From: Dehalococcoidia bacterium
GTDB lineage: Bacteria > Chloroflexota > Dehalococcoidia > Plut-88900
NCBI GenBank assembly: GCA_965197585.1
Contig: OZ240215.1
Span: 2,976,001 to 3,040,000, forward strand
Length of the DNA stretch: 64,000 nucleotides
Reading direction: 5' to 3'
A program made the position numbers and the translations under genes. Of this stretch, positions 28,741 to 38,779 are shown piece after piece; position 1 is the first letter of the stretch; the number at the start of each line of letters is the position of its first letter. The notes under the pieces are model-generated. The model had not been told where the DNA came from, did no database searches, and saw nothing but the letters and a program-made list of their open reading frames with translations.

Positions 28741-31017
28741 TTGACTGAATTCTTGGCCCGCTTTAGCGCGCGCAAGCCTTTCTTGATCATTGCTATCTGG
28801 GCTGTGATAGGGCTGGTTGCAGGCGGGTTTGCTGTTGATGCCCAAATCGCCCCTTGGCCTCCACCTCTTACCGACTTCCTCGACAGGGCCACCACCACGG
28901 AGTTTAAGCTCAGTAGCAGCGCAGGGTCCGAACGCGCCGACCGCCTCCTGGAAGACCGGCTCCGCGGCCCCAAACCTGTAACCGAACTGATAATCTTTCA
29001 GTCGGACTCCGTCACCGTAGATGACCCCTCATTCCTGCCCAAAGTCCAGGAAGTGGCCACCGACATTCTGGCTCTCGGGCCCGACATCGTAGCCCTTCCT
29101 CCCGACTTCAATCCCGCCGCCCCTCCCCCCATCTCCGAAGACCGCAGCACCACGTTTTTCGCCGTGATCATGACCGGCTCCTTCGAAGACGCCGTGGACA
29201 ACGTCCCCGACGTCCTCCACGTAGTCGAGGAGGCAGACAGAAAGGACGGCCTCCGCGTTTTCATGGTCGGAGACGCCAGCACCGCCCACGACAACAACGA
29301 GCTGTCCGAAAACGACCTGAGGCGGGGGGAACGCGTCGGCCTTCCCATCGCCCTCATTATTCTCATCGTCCTCTTCGGTACAATCGCCGCAGCCCTAATG
29401 CCCGTCGGACTGTCCATTGCCGCCATCATGGTTGCCCTCGGCATCACGGCCCTCGTAGGACAGGTCTTCGATCTGACCATCTTCGTCACCCTCATGATCA
29501 TCATGATCGGGTTGGCCGTCGGGATCGACTATTCCCTCGTCATAATCTCCCGCTACCGGGATGAGCTTGCCCGCGGCCTCGACACCAAACCCGCCATCGA
29601 GCGCGCCGGTGCAACCGCTGGCCGCACCGTCCTGTTCAGCGGCATCACAGTCGTCATCGCCCTATGTGGCATCCTGATCGTTCCCTTCTCCTTCTTCCAG
29701 TCCCTGGCTATCGGGGCAATTCTGGTAGTACTGGTCGCTTTGGCGGCCACCCTCACCCTTCTGCCTGCCAACCTTGCCATCATGGGCCCAAGAATCAACC
29801 ACCTGCCCATACCCTTCTTCGGCAAGTCGAGAATCGCGCCCTCCGAGTCCTCCGGCCGGGGCTTCTGGGAGCTTATAACCCGCGTTGTTACCAAGTCTCC
29901 GGTCATCAGCTTCCTTATCGTAGCCGCACCAATGGCCGCCGCTACCTATTTCTATTTCGATATCGAAACAGGCCTCAACGGCGTCGACGCCTTCCCCGAA
30001 GGTACCCAGACCCGAGAAGCCTTCTTCGTGATGGAAGAGCACTTCTCCTTCGGCCTCGTCAACCCGACCGAAATAGTCATCGACGGCGATATTGACAGCC
30101 CAGCGGTCAGGCAGGCCATAGGCGAGCTTCAGGCCTCTCTGGCGGCCCACCAGGGCCTGCAAGTCGTTCCCGGTGAGACCGTCAACGATCCCCGAGACCT
30201 CGCCCTGTTTACCGTTCTCATTCCCGGCGAACCCCGCACCCAGGAAGCCGTCGACGTCGTCAATACCATCCGGGACCAGTACATCCCCGCCGCCTTCGAC
30301 GGGGTAGACGCTGAGGTCTTTGTCGGCGGCATTAGCGCGGAAGCGACAGACGTGTACTCCATAGTCCAACGATACACGCCCATCGTATTCGCCTTCGTAC
30401 TCGGCTTCAGCTTCCTTGTGCTAATGCTGGTTTTCCGCTCGATAGTCATTCCCATCAAAGCCGTATTCATGAACCTCCTATCCGTCGGCACCGCCTACGG
30501 GCTCATGGTCCTGGTCTTCCAGAAGGGAGGCGCCGACTTTTTCGGGTTCCAGCACGCGGAGGTCATCGACGTCTGGATTCCCCTCTTCCTCTTCTCAATC
30601 CTCTTCGGCCTCTCCATGGACTACCACGTCTTCCTCCTGAGCCGCATCCGTGAGCGCTACGATCAGACTGGGGACAACGCCGAGGCCGTGGCCTACGGTC
30701 TCCGCTCCACCGCCGGATTGATCACCGGAGCCGCCCTTATAATGGTCGCCGTCTTCGGCGCTTTCGCCAGCGGCAAGACCATCATCAACCAGCAAGTAGG
30801 GTTTGGGCTTTCCGTAGCCGTGCTCCTGGACGCCACCCTCGTGCGCTCTGTCCTCGTCCCGGCCAGCATGGATATGCTTGGCAAACGCAACTGGTACCTC
30901 CCATCCTGGCTGAACTGGCTGCCGGACCTGCGAATAGAAGCGGAAGAAATTCCAACTCTTAATGTTCAAGGTCAAGCCTTACAAGGAGGTGCTGCCGCCA
31001 ATGACAATCCCGACTGA
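28741..31017 (+). CDS. MMPL-family transporter
   Basis: GLAVGIDYSL, TAGRTVLFSG, FGLSMDYHVFLLSRIRE and DATLVR motifs. Confidence 0.93.
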   Translation: MTEFLARFSARKPFLIIAIWAVIGLVAGGFAVDAQIAPWPPPLTDFLDRATTTEFKLSSSAGSERADRLLEDRLRGPKPVTELIIFQSDSVTVDDPSFLPKVQEVATDILALGPDIVALPPDFNPAAPPPISEDRSTTFFAVIMTGSFEDAVDNVPDVLHVVEEADRKDGLRVFMVGDASTAHDNNELSENDLRRGERVGLPIALIILIVLFGTIAAALMPVGLSIAAIMVALGITALVGQVFDLTIFVTLMIIMIGLAVGIDYSLVIISRYRDELARGLDTKPAIERAGATAGRTVLFSGITVVIALCGILIVPFSFFQSLAIGAILVVLVALAATLTLLPANLAIMGPRINHLPIPFFGKSRIAPSESSGRGFWELITRVVTKSPVISFLIVAAPMAAATYFYFDIETGLNGVDAFPEGTQTREAFFVMEEHFSFGLVNPTEIVIDGDIDSPAVRQAIGELQASLAAHQGLQVVPGETVNDPRDLALFTVLIPGEPRTQEAVDVVNTIRDQYIPAAFDGVDAEVFVGGISAEATDVYSIVQRYTPIVFAFVLGFSFLVLMLVFRSIVIPIKAVFMNLLSVGTAYGLMVLVFQKGGADFFGFQHAEVIDVWIPLFLFSILFGLSMDYHVFLLSRIRERYDQTGDNAEAVAYGLRSTAGLITGAALIMVAVFGAFASGKTIINQQVGFGLSVAVLLDATLVRSVLVPASMDMLGKRNWYLPSWLNWLPDLRIEAEEIPTLNVQGQALQGGAAANDNPD

Positions 31018-32176
31018 CTACACAATTGGTTACGAAAAAGCCCGAGCCATCGCGCCCGATATCGCAGACAAATACGTCGCACACACCCTTATTGGAGACC
31101 CCCTGGGCGAAGAGATGGCGGCAGACCTTGAGGCGTTCAGCGCATCTGAATCAGAGAGGCTCATTCAAGCGGCCATGAATGAGGAAGGTGAGGAGGCCCT
31201 GAGAGACGCCCCGGACTCCCTGCGAAGATTTTTCAAAGAAGCGGAAACCACCCCGGACTGGCTCGACTATTCTGCATTCGCTCCGAGTGTCCGCATGTTT
31301 TACAGAAACTCGCAGATAGTCCTGGCCGCATTCGTTGCAGGAGTTCTCATAGAAGGCTTTACAACCAACATCGCAAAGTCCTTCTTCATCACCGGGCGGG
31401 TGCGTGACCAGGGCATCCGGCGTCTGGGGCAGAACAACCGTCACATGATGGAGATATTCCTCCCCGGCGGCATGTACAGGCATGGGGACGGTTGGAAGCT
31501 TTCCCTCCGCATCAGGATAGTTCACTCACGCCTTAGACGCCTCCTCAACGATTCCGAAGACTGGGATAAGGAGGCTTGGGGAGAGCCCATCAGCGCCGCT
31601 CACTTGGGCTACGCCATTTCCGCCTTCTCGGCAAGGCTGCTCAAGCACATGAAGACCCTCGGCGCCACTTACAATAAGGAGGAGTACGATAGCTTCATGG
31701 CCGTTTGGCGCTACAGCGGTCACATAATGGGCATCCCTGAAACCATTCTGTTCCAGGATGCCGATGAAGCTCTGAAGCTGTGGAAAATCGCCCTCACGTG
31801 CGAGCCCGATTCCCCAATTGAATCAATCGTGATGGCCCACGCGCTGGTCAACTCTGCCCCGTTGATCGCCGGCGCCACCGAGCCGCAGGCCCGCCGCAGC
31901 CTGGCCAAGTATGTATACCGCTTGTCTCGCGGACTTATCGGAAAAGAGTTCGCCGATTCGCTGATGTATCCACCCATCTCCCCCTTTGGAGCGGTATGGT
32001 GGTTCAGGACGCAGCAGCGCTACGGCCACGTCCTGAACAAGCTGTTGCCGGGCCGCCGTGAAGACAGCAACTTCTCCAAATTCACGTCCCTGCTCAGCAC
32101 TTCATTGTTCGACGAGGAAGGGATACGCTACACACTGCCCGACCGCGTGTACGCGGAAGAGTCGGTCCACTACTAG
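31001..32176 (+). CDS. MpaB/Lcp-like (DUF2236) heme oxygenase-family protein
   Basis: GDPL, PDWLD, RIRIVHSRLR, WGEPIS and W.Y.G.+MG+P motifs; ATG at 31001 after GGAGG, overlapping the MMPL stop. Confidence 0.8.
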   Translation: MTIPTDYTIGYEKARAIAPDIADKYVAHTLIGDPLGEEMAADLEAFSASESERLIQAAMNEEGEEALRDAPDSLRRFFKEAETTPDWLDYSAFAPSVRMFYRNSQIVLAAFVAGVLIEGFTTNIAKSFFITGRVRDQGIRRLGQNNRHMMEIFLPGGMYRHGDGWKLSLRIRIVHSRLRRLLNDSEDWDKEAWGEPISAAHLGYAISAFSARLLKHMKTLGATYNKEEYDSFMAVWRYSGHIMGIPETILFQDADEALKLWKIALTCEPDSPIESIVMAHALVNSAPLIAGATEPQARRSLAKYVYRLSRGLIGKEFADSLMYPPISPFGAVWWFRTQQRYGHVLNKLLPGRREDSNFSKFTSLLSTSLFDEEGIRYTLPDRVYAEESVHY

Positions 32177-32390
32177 CTGGCGTGTCCGCCTACTGCCGAT
32201 TGCACTCCCTGCGCCAGCTCCCCCAACTGTGCATTACGTCGGCGGTGTTCCATGTCGGCACAGAGATGCTATAATCCCCCCGCGGAGTAACTCGCAAGTC
32301 TAAACCGCGCCCCGATTGGCCCTCCGGCAAGGAGGTGTGCTCAGGGTCGTGGTGCCGGATTCCGCATAGCCATCTAGGGAGACGGTCTCA

Positions 32391-32789
32391 ATGGATACTA
32401 ACGGTCAGGAAGACGGAGCTACCACTTGGAAGGTTGCCGACACCAAGAATCTGATGATAGACGGAGAGAAGAAGTCCGGGGCCCTTATCGCAAAGGCTTC
32501 CGGCCGCATAGACGGCAGCAACGCCCGGGAATTCCAGGACGCCCTGGATACCTTCCTGGAAGGCGAAATCTCCGCCCTTATCCTGGACATGGAGAATCTC
32601 ACCTACATCAGTAGTGCTGGCCTCAGAGTCATCCTGCTCGTCTCCAAGAAGCTGCAGAGGTCGTCTGCCAAGTTCGGCATCTGCGCTCTCTCAGAGTCCA
32701 TTGGAGAGGTATTCCAGATCAGCGGCTTCGACAAGATCATCTCGACCCATCGCACCCAAGCCGATGCGCTCTCCGCTATCAACGGCTAA
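32391..32789 (+). CDS. STAS anti-sigma factor antagonist (RsbV-like)
   Basis: GRIDG, LDMENLTYISSAGLRV and VFQISGF motifs. Confidence 0.92.
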   Translation: MDTNGQEDGATTWKVADTKNLMIDGEKKSGALIAKASGRIDGSNAREFQDALDTFLEGEISALILDMENLTYISSAGLRVILLVSKKLQRSSAKFGICALSESIGEVFQISGFDKIISTHRTQADALSAING

Positions 32790-32880
32790 CGGCAGCCCTC
32801 GCCCCCGGACCAATCTTTATGCCTACCCCGAGCGCAGGGACCAGATCCGTTAGCCACGCATCTATCACAGGACACAGCTA

Positions 32881-34047
32881 ATGGCTATGGAGCCGCCTTA
32901 CAAAATCCTCGTAGTAGACGACGAACCGGACCTCGAGCCCCTCATGCTCCAGCGTATGCGCCGCGACATCCGACGCGGCCAATACGAATTTGTCTTCGCT
33001 CACGATGGCAATGAAGCCTTGGCACGCCTCAACGATCACGAAGATGTCGATATGGTCCTTTCGGACATTAACATGCCCGGCATGGACGGCCTCACCCTCC
33101 TGGAACAAATCCCCCACGTTGACCCCAAAATCCGCGCCGTCATGGTTTCCGCCTACGGCGACATGAAGAACATCCGCACGGCGATGAACCGCGGCGCATT
33201 TGACTTCGTCACAAAACCCATAGACTTTGAAGACCTCCGGGTCACCATCGAGCGCACCCTCCGGCACATGATGGAATGGCGCGAGGCCCTTGCCTCGCGC
33301 GATAAGCTCGTCGCTCTCCAGAACGAACTCGACGTTGCCCAAAAAATCCAACAGTCCGTCCTGCCGACCGAGTTCCCCATCAGCGACTATTACGAGATAG
33401 ACGGCCACATGCAGGCCGCCCGGGAAGTAGGCGGGGACTTCTACGACGTCCTGCGCCTTGAGAACGGCCGCATCGGCCTCTCTGTCGCCGATGTCTCGGA
33501 CAAGGGTGTTCCCGCCGCTCTATTCATGATGTCCACCCTCACTCTTCTCAAGGGCTCGGCCATAGGCGTCGGCGCTCCGGCGGCCGTCCTGACCGAAGTC
33601 AACGATCTCCTCAACGAGGAGAACGAGGCCGCTATGTTCGTCACTCTCTTGTACGCCGTCTTTAACCCCTCCAACGGCCTGTTGAACTATGCCAATGGCG
33701 GCCACAACCCTCCAATCATAGTCCATCCGGACGGCTCTTCCACGCTTCTTCCGGCCACTGGGGGAATCGCCCTCGGCGTAGCCCCCGGCTTCAAGTACGA
33801 AGAGAGTTCCATTATCCTGGACCCCGGCGACACCATAATCCTCTACACCGACGGCGTCACCGAGGCCATGAACACCGAAGGCGAAGAGTTCGGCTTGGAC
33901 CGCCTCCGTAATCTCTTCACCAACTCCCCACTCAAGAGCCCCAAGGAGACCAATACAGCCATATTTGAAGCCGTCAGTGCATTCGCAGGCGAAACCCCCC
34001 AGTCCGATGACATCACCTGCCTGGCATTCCGACGGAGCGAGTCCTGA
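32881..34047 (+). CDS. Receiver-PP2C/SpoIIE phosphatase (RsbU-like)
   Basis: Receiver VVDDE, SDINMP and TKP; phosphatase EVGGDFYD, ADVSDKG, YTDGVTE and DDIT. Confidence 0.94.
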   Translation: MAMEPPYKILVVDDEPDLEPLMLQRMRRDIRRGQYEFVFAHDGNEALARLNDHEDVDMVLSDINMPGMDGLTLLEQIPHVDPKIRAVMVSAYGDMKNIRTAMNRGAFDFVTKPIDFEDLRVTIERTLRHMMEWREALASRDKLVALQNELDVAQKIQQSVLPTEFPISDYYEIDGHMQAAREVGGDFYDVLRLENGRIGLSVADVSDKGVPAALFMMSTLTLLKGSAIGVGAPAAVLTEVNDLLNEENEAAMFVTLLYAVFNPSNGLLNYANGGHNPPIIVHPDGSSTLLPATGGIALGVAPGFKYEESSIILDPGDTIILYTDGVTEAMNTEGEEFGLDRLRNLFTNSPLKSPKETNTAIFEAVSAFAGETPQSDDITCLAFRRSES

Positions 34048-34050
34048 GCC

Positions 34051-34470
34051 TTGAGCGCCAAGCTGTCCCTTAAGTTCAAGTCCGACCGCGAAGAGCTCGA
34101 CGGCATCACCGCCGCCGTCGAGGCATTCTCTGCCGACGAGGCATGGTCCCCCGACCTCCTTTTCCGTATCAACCTCGTCATCGAAGAGCTGGTCCTGAAC
34201 ATCATGGACTACGGATACGATGACGACGAGCACGAAATCGAGATCAATTTCAACTCCGACACCGACTCCGTCACCATAGACATCACAGACGAAGGCCGCG
34301 CTTTCGACCCCCTTAACGATGCTCCCGAACCCGACATCGACTCACCCCTTGAAGAGCGCCATGTTGGCGGTCTCGGCGTATACCTGGCCCGAACCATGAT
34401 GGACGAGCTCACTTATCGCCGCGAAAACAGCCGCAATCACCTTACCCTGGTCAAGCGCCGCGAAGAGTAA
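34051..34470 (+). CDS. RsbW-like anti-sigma factor Ser/Thr kinase
   Basis: EELVLN N-box, DEGRAFDP and GGLG motifs. Confidence 0.92.
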   Translation: MSAKLSLKFKSDREELDGITAAVEAFSADEAWSPDLLFRINLVIEELVLNIMDYGYDDDEHEIEINFNSDTDSVTIDITDEGRAFDPLNDAPEPDIDSPLEERHVGGLGVYLARTMMDELTYRRENSRNHLTLVKRREE

Positions 34471-34496
34471 CCACAACTCTTCAAGATTGAATCGAC

Positions 34497-34528
34497 AAAA
34501 AAGGGCCCGCACGTTGTGCGGGCCCTTG
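34497..34528. terminator. Terminator between convergent genes
   Basis: AAAAAAGGGCCCGCAC-GTT-GTGCGGGCCCTT hairpin. Confidence 0.75.
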
Positions 34529-34564
34529 GTCTTTATCTCCTGGTTAAGTAGAAGAGGCTGGCAC

Positions 34565-35518
34565 TCACACCAGCTCATATTCGAAGTACGTTGAAGTCAC
34601 CAGACCGTGCAAGGCCCGGCATTGGTCTCCCATTTGCTGTAGAAACTCCTCGTGGTTCTCCCGGTCGGGCCAGTCATAGTTAACAAGTGCTCCCAACCAG
34701 CCCACGAGCCGACGGGCCGATGCACTCGAACCTTCGTCGGGTGCAGACCCGAACCCTGACAACACCTCAGACGCACTGTCCAATGACCGGCTCAAAGAGC
34801 TGGGTAACTGGGGGTCGGCCACCAGCAAATCCAACACCTGGCTCGCCTGCACTTCGACTCCATGCTTTTGCCCGTACGCGTCGAATGCATTGTATATTCG
34901 TAAAAGGCTTAGCCAGTCATAGTCCGAATCTTCCTCATCGGTAGCTTCGACAGCCATATGTGCGAGAAGGAGCGACACCAGTTGCTGGGCCCGCTCTATG
35001 GTGCTCCCCAATTGCAAAAAGCGCCAGCCGTCGTCGCGGTACATCGTCGTCAGCGCTACTCCTTCGAACCTGTTTATGTCTGCAATCGTCTCCGCGTAGA
35101 ACCCTTGCGGGGATGTGGCCCAGATGTCCTGGATCCTCATCTTTTGGATCCGTAGATAGGACAGGTTCAGGGACGTCCACATCTCCCCGCTTATGCGGTT
35201 GCGCATCTGACGGGCGTTCTCTCTGCCCATCCAGAAGCACTGCCACACCGACCCGGGATTGGAGCGTTCGAAGGTCAGGTCGTCCGCCAAGGTGAAGGAA
35301 TCGGCGAGGATGAAGTCGTCATCGTCGCTTACGTCCAGGCTGCCCCCCGGGGGCGCCCTCCCGACACAGGCATAGATACGCCGCCACCCAAAGTAGATTT
35401 CCCGCACCGGTCGGTCCACCAACGCCTCCGACTGCAATTGCAGCAGGCGGCTCAGGTGACGCGCCCGCTCGAGGTAGCGCCCCATCCAGTAAAGCCCTTG
35501 AGCGCTACGCGAGAGCAT
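34565..35518 (-). CDS. Alpha-E domain protein
   Basis: MLSR....YWMGRYLERA, RENARQ.R..IS.EMW and a second IERA motif. Confidence 0.93.
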   Translation of the reverse strand: MLSRSAQGLYWMGRYLERARHLSRLLQLQSEALVDRPVREIYFGWRRIYACVGRAPPGGSLDVSDDDDFILADSFTLADDLTFERSNPGSVWQCFWMGRENARQMRNRISGEMWTSLNLSYLRIQKMRIQDIWATSPQGFYAETIADINRFEGVALTTMYRDDGWRFLQLGSTIERAQQLVSLLLAHMAVEATDEEDSDYDWLSLLRIYNAFDAYGQKHGVEVQASQVLDLLVADPQLPSSLSRSLDSASEVLSGFGSAPDEGSSASARRLVGWLGALVNYDWPDRENHEEFLQQMGDQCRALHGLVTSTYFEYELV

Positions 35519-36914
35519 TGGCTTTTTTCGGTTCCTCCTCCTCGTCGTCGAACTCTTCAGGCATCAGAATGAACTCGGGATAGGACTCCATGCCCAGCTC
35601 CGCTACATCCTGACCGAGTTCCTCTACCTGCCTCGTAATCCGCACACCCAGCACCCTGTCCAATGCCCACCACACGGTAAACGCCGAGCCAAACACGAAC
35701 CCGCCTACCGCAGCTATACCCATCAGCTGGATGTGGAACTGACCGCCGGATGTGAAGGTGACCGCCAGAGTGCCCCAGATACCTGCAAACAAGTGGGCTG
35801 GGATGGCCCCAACCACGTCGTCCAGCTTCATCTTCTCCAGCAGCTTGATGCCTGCGGTGCATACCAACCCGCCTATCGCCCCGACTACAACCGCCCAGAA
35901 GTGGTCCGTGCTCGCTGGCCCGGCGGTAATCGCCACTAGCCCCGCTATAGCGCCGTTCAGCCCCGCAAACAGGTCAATGCGTCCCAGGATTGGCCTCGAT
36001 ACCGCCAGTGCAGTCACCACTCCCGCCGCAGCCGCAAGGTTGGTGTTAACCAGCACTACGCTCATCGCCACTGCGTCCAGAGCGCTCCCGAGCGCCAGTT
36101 GTGAGCCTCCATTGAACCCAAACCACCCAAGCCACAGGATGAAGACCCCAAGGGTGACCAGGATCACGTTGGACGGTGGGGTCGGTTTCACCCGGCCATC
36201 CTTCCGGAACTTCCCGAGCCTCGGGCCAACCAGCAATATCCCGGCCAGCGCCGCCCAGCCTCCCGTGCTGTGGACTATCGTCGAGCCTGCAAAGTCGGAG
36301 AACCCCGCCTGCGCCAGCCAACCGCCGCCCCACGTCCAAGAGCCGACTATCGGATATATGAAACCGGTCAGCGCCAGCGTGAAGAGGAAGAACGGCAGCA
36401 GCTTTATCCGCTCTGCTATAGCCCCGGAAACTATTGATGCAGCCGTAGCTACGAACACCATCTGGAAGAACCAGTCCGACATAACGGAGTATCCGTTGCT
36501 GATGACAGCGCCGGTTGCCTCGCTGTCTCCGCCTATCATGGCAACCTCATCCGCTGAAGGCCCGTACAGAAATTCAAACTTGCCCCACAACCCCACCTCT
36601 CCCACGTTCGTGTACATCAGGTTGTATCCAATGAAGAAGAACGCCAGCCCCGCTATCGAATATATTCCGATATTCTTGAGGCAGATCGTAGATGCGTTCT
36701 TTGTACGCACCGACCCCGATTCCAGCATGGTAAAGCCTGCACACATCCACATCACCAGGGCCCCCCAGATAAGGAACGCAAACGTGTTCAATATGAACTG
36801 CGACTCCTCATCCACTCCCGCAGCATGGGCAATCGCCGGCCGGGCGAGGAAGACCCCAGCTGTAAACAGCGCAACCAAGGCGATTAGTATTCTGGGGTTG
36901 CGAATAACAATCAT
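35505..36914 (-). CDS. amt: Ammonium transporter
   Basis: GFTMLESG, FFQMVF, DFAGSTIVH, GWFGFNGGS and DDVVGAIPAH (twin His present). Confidence 0.96.
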   Translation of the reverse strand: MIVIRNPRILIALVALFTAGVFLARPAIAHAAGVDEESQFILNTFAFLIWGALVMWMCAGFTMLESGSVRTKNASTICLKNIGIYSIAGLAFFFIGYNLMYTNVGEVGLWGKFEFLYGPSADEVAMIGGDSEATGAVISNGYSVMSDWFFQMVFVATAASIVSGAIAERIKLLPFFLFTLALTGFIYPIVGSWTWGGGWLAQAGFSDFAGSTIVHSTGGWAALAGILLVGPRLGKFRKDGRVKPTPPSNVILVTLGVFILWLGWFGFNGGSQLALGSALDAVAMSVVLVNTNLAAAAGVVTALAVSRPILGRIDLFAGLNGAIAGLVAITAGPASTDHFWAVVVGAIGGLVCTAGIKLLEKMKLDDVVGAIPAHLFAGIWGTLAVTFTSGGQFHIQLMGIAAVGGFVFGSAFTVWWALDRVLGVRITRQVEELGQDVAELGMESYPEFILMPEEFDDEEEEPKKANALA

Positions 36915-36969
36915 GTCTCTAGGCCTCCTCGCAATGTTTCGGTCTTAGGGTCTCTAATCAACGTTTTCG

Positions 36970-38403
36970 TCAATCTTCCAATACCCAGAAGTCCTTGCCC
37001 CCGCCCCCTTGGCTGGAGTTAACCACCAGGCTCCCCCGACGCAGCGCTACCCGGCAGAAGGCCCCAGGGACTAAGCGGGTCTTCTGTCCGTGCAGTACGA
37101 AAGGTCTCAAGTCTACGTGCCGAGGCTCGAACTGCCCTTCGATAAGGCAGGGCGCTCTCGATAGGGCCAGCACCGGCTGCGAGATGTAGTTTGCCGGGTC
37201 TGCCCGTACCTCCGCCGCGTACGTTTCCCGTTCTTCAGCCGTCGAGTGAGGGCCTATCAGCATTCCGTATCCCCCAGAACCTCCCACCTGTTTCACCACC
37301 AGATCCTGAAGGTTGTCCAGAGTGTACTCCAGGTCCTCCGGGCGGCGACAGAGCCGCGTATCCACGTTCTGGAGGATCGGCTCCTCATTAAGATAGAACC
37401 GCACCATGTCCGGCACGTAAGCGTAGACGCTCTTGTCGTCCGCTACGCCCGTCCCGGGAGCGTTCACCAGGGCCACGTTGCCCAGTTTGTAGGCATGTAC
37501 CAGTCCCGGCACCCCCAGCAGCGAGTCTTCTCGAAAGACCAGCGGGTCCAGGAAATCGTCGTCCACACGCCGATACACTATGTCCACCCGTTTCAAACCG
37601 TTGGTCGTGCGCATGTAGACCATGCCTTCTTTAACCACCAGGTCTTGCCCCTCCACCAGCTCTGCGCCTATCTCCTGGGCCAAAAATATATGTTCGTAGA
37701 ATGCAGAGTTGTAGACCCCGGGCGTCAGAAGCACGATGGTAGGGTCCGTGCGGCCGCTTGGTGCGAGCTCCAACAACGTCTCCCGCAGCGCACGCCCGTA
37801 ATGCTCTACGTCCCGCACCCGAGACGTCCGGTACAGCCGTCTCAGGCTGGCCTTGGCCGCCTTCCGGTTCGCCAGCATGTATGAAACGCCCGAAGGCACC
37901 CGAAGGTTGTCCTCCAACACTTTCCAGCCATCGTTCGTACGCACCAGATCGGTGCCGCATATGCCTACCCAAGTCCCGTAAGGCGCGGAAAAGCCTCGCA
38001 TCTCGGTCCGGTATTGCGGGCAGCCCATCACCACATCAGCGGGAATCACTCCGTCCCGGATGATACGGGCCTCTCCGTACACGTCCTCCAGAAACGCGTT
38101 GAGGGCCTTGAGCCTCTGGGTCAGACCCTTTTCGAGGTTGCCCCAGTCTGCGCTGGACATCGCCCGGGGCAGACAGTCGATGGGGATGATTCGCTCGTCC
38201 GCCTCTTCGTCTCCATAGACAACGAAGGTAATCCCCTCCGTCGAGAATGAGCGCATGACCCGATCCTGGATATTGTGAAGCTCTTCGGCGGAAAGTTGGA
38301 TCAGGGTCTCGTATATCTGCCGGCAATACTCCCTTGGGGAGCCGTCCGGCAGGAACATCTCGTCATATATGAGAGGATCGAGTTCGTAAGTGTCAAAGTT
38401 CAC
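36970..38403 (-). CDS. Circularly permuted type 2 ATP-grasp protein
   Basis: YDEM, VLEDNLRVPSGVSY, YRRVDDDFLDP, RHVDLRPF and VVNSSQGGG.KD motifs; start uncertain (GTG at 38403). Confidence 0.93.
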   Translation of the reverse strand: MNFDTYELDPLIYDEMFLPDGSPREYCRQIYETLIQLSAEELHNIQDRVMRSFSTEGITFVVYGDEEADERIIPIDCLPRAMSSADWGNLEKGLTQRLKALNAFLEDVYGEARIIRDGVIPADVVMGCPQYRTEMRGFSAPYGTWVGICGTDLVRTNDGWKVLEDNLRVPSGVSYMLANRKAAKASLRRLYRTSRVRDVEHYGRALRETLLELAPSGRTDPTIVLLTPGVYNSAFYEHIFLAQEIGAELVEGQDLVVKEGMVYMRTTNGLKRVDIVYRRVDDDFLDPLVFREDSLLGVPGLVHAYKLGNVALVNAPGTGVADDKSVYAYVPDMVRFYLNEEPILQNVDTRLCRRPEDLEYTLDNLQDLVVKQVGGSGGYGMLIGPHSTAEERETYAAEVRADPANYISQPVLALSRAPCLIEGQFEPRHVDLRPFVLHGQKTRLVPGAFCRVALRRGSLVVNSSQGGGGKDFWVLED

Positions 38404-38779
38404 GGCAACAACCCATTCACGAGAGGTGTGAGTATACCAAGTCCTCACGCTACGCGGTTTGGCCAGCCTATTTCCGCACGTAAGGAGGGCACTGCCACTG
38501 TACCGCAGTATACAGTCTGCATTTTGGCAAACACCCCGACAACATGATCGCAGATGTACCACCCAGCTCGATTGCGGCCATAGCGGCGGCCCGGTTTCCC
38601 TTTCCTTGATGTCTTCTGACGCAGTAAATCCGTATCCTGTACAATCCCCTGGAGGTGTTGCAAAGGTCCTGCGAAGGGAGGAAGTGCAATTGCTTTCTAT
38701 AGCCTGTGCTTATATGCAACCGTAGGGCCCGCCAGCATCAGAAACATCCCGTATCGACACTGGGCTGAGGACATCGGGT

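Noticed and set aside
35752-36948. Long antisense ORFs (also 509..1552, 4886..5827, 38938..39876, 47859..49133, 51997..53013)
   Set aside because: Shadow frames of well-supported genes in GC-rich DNA
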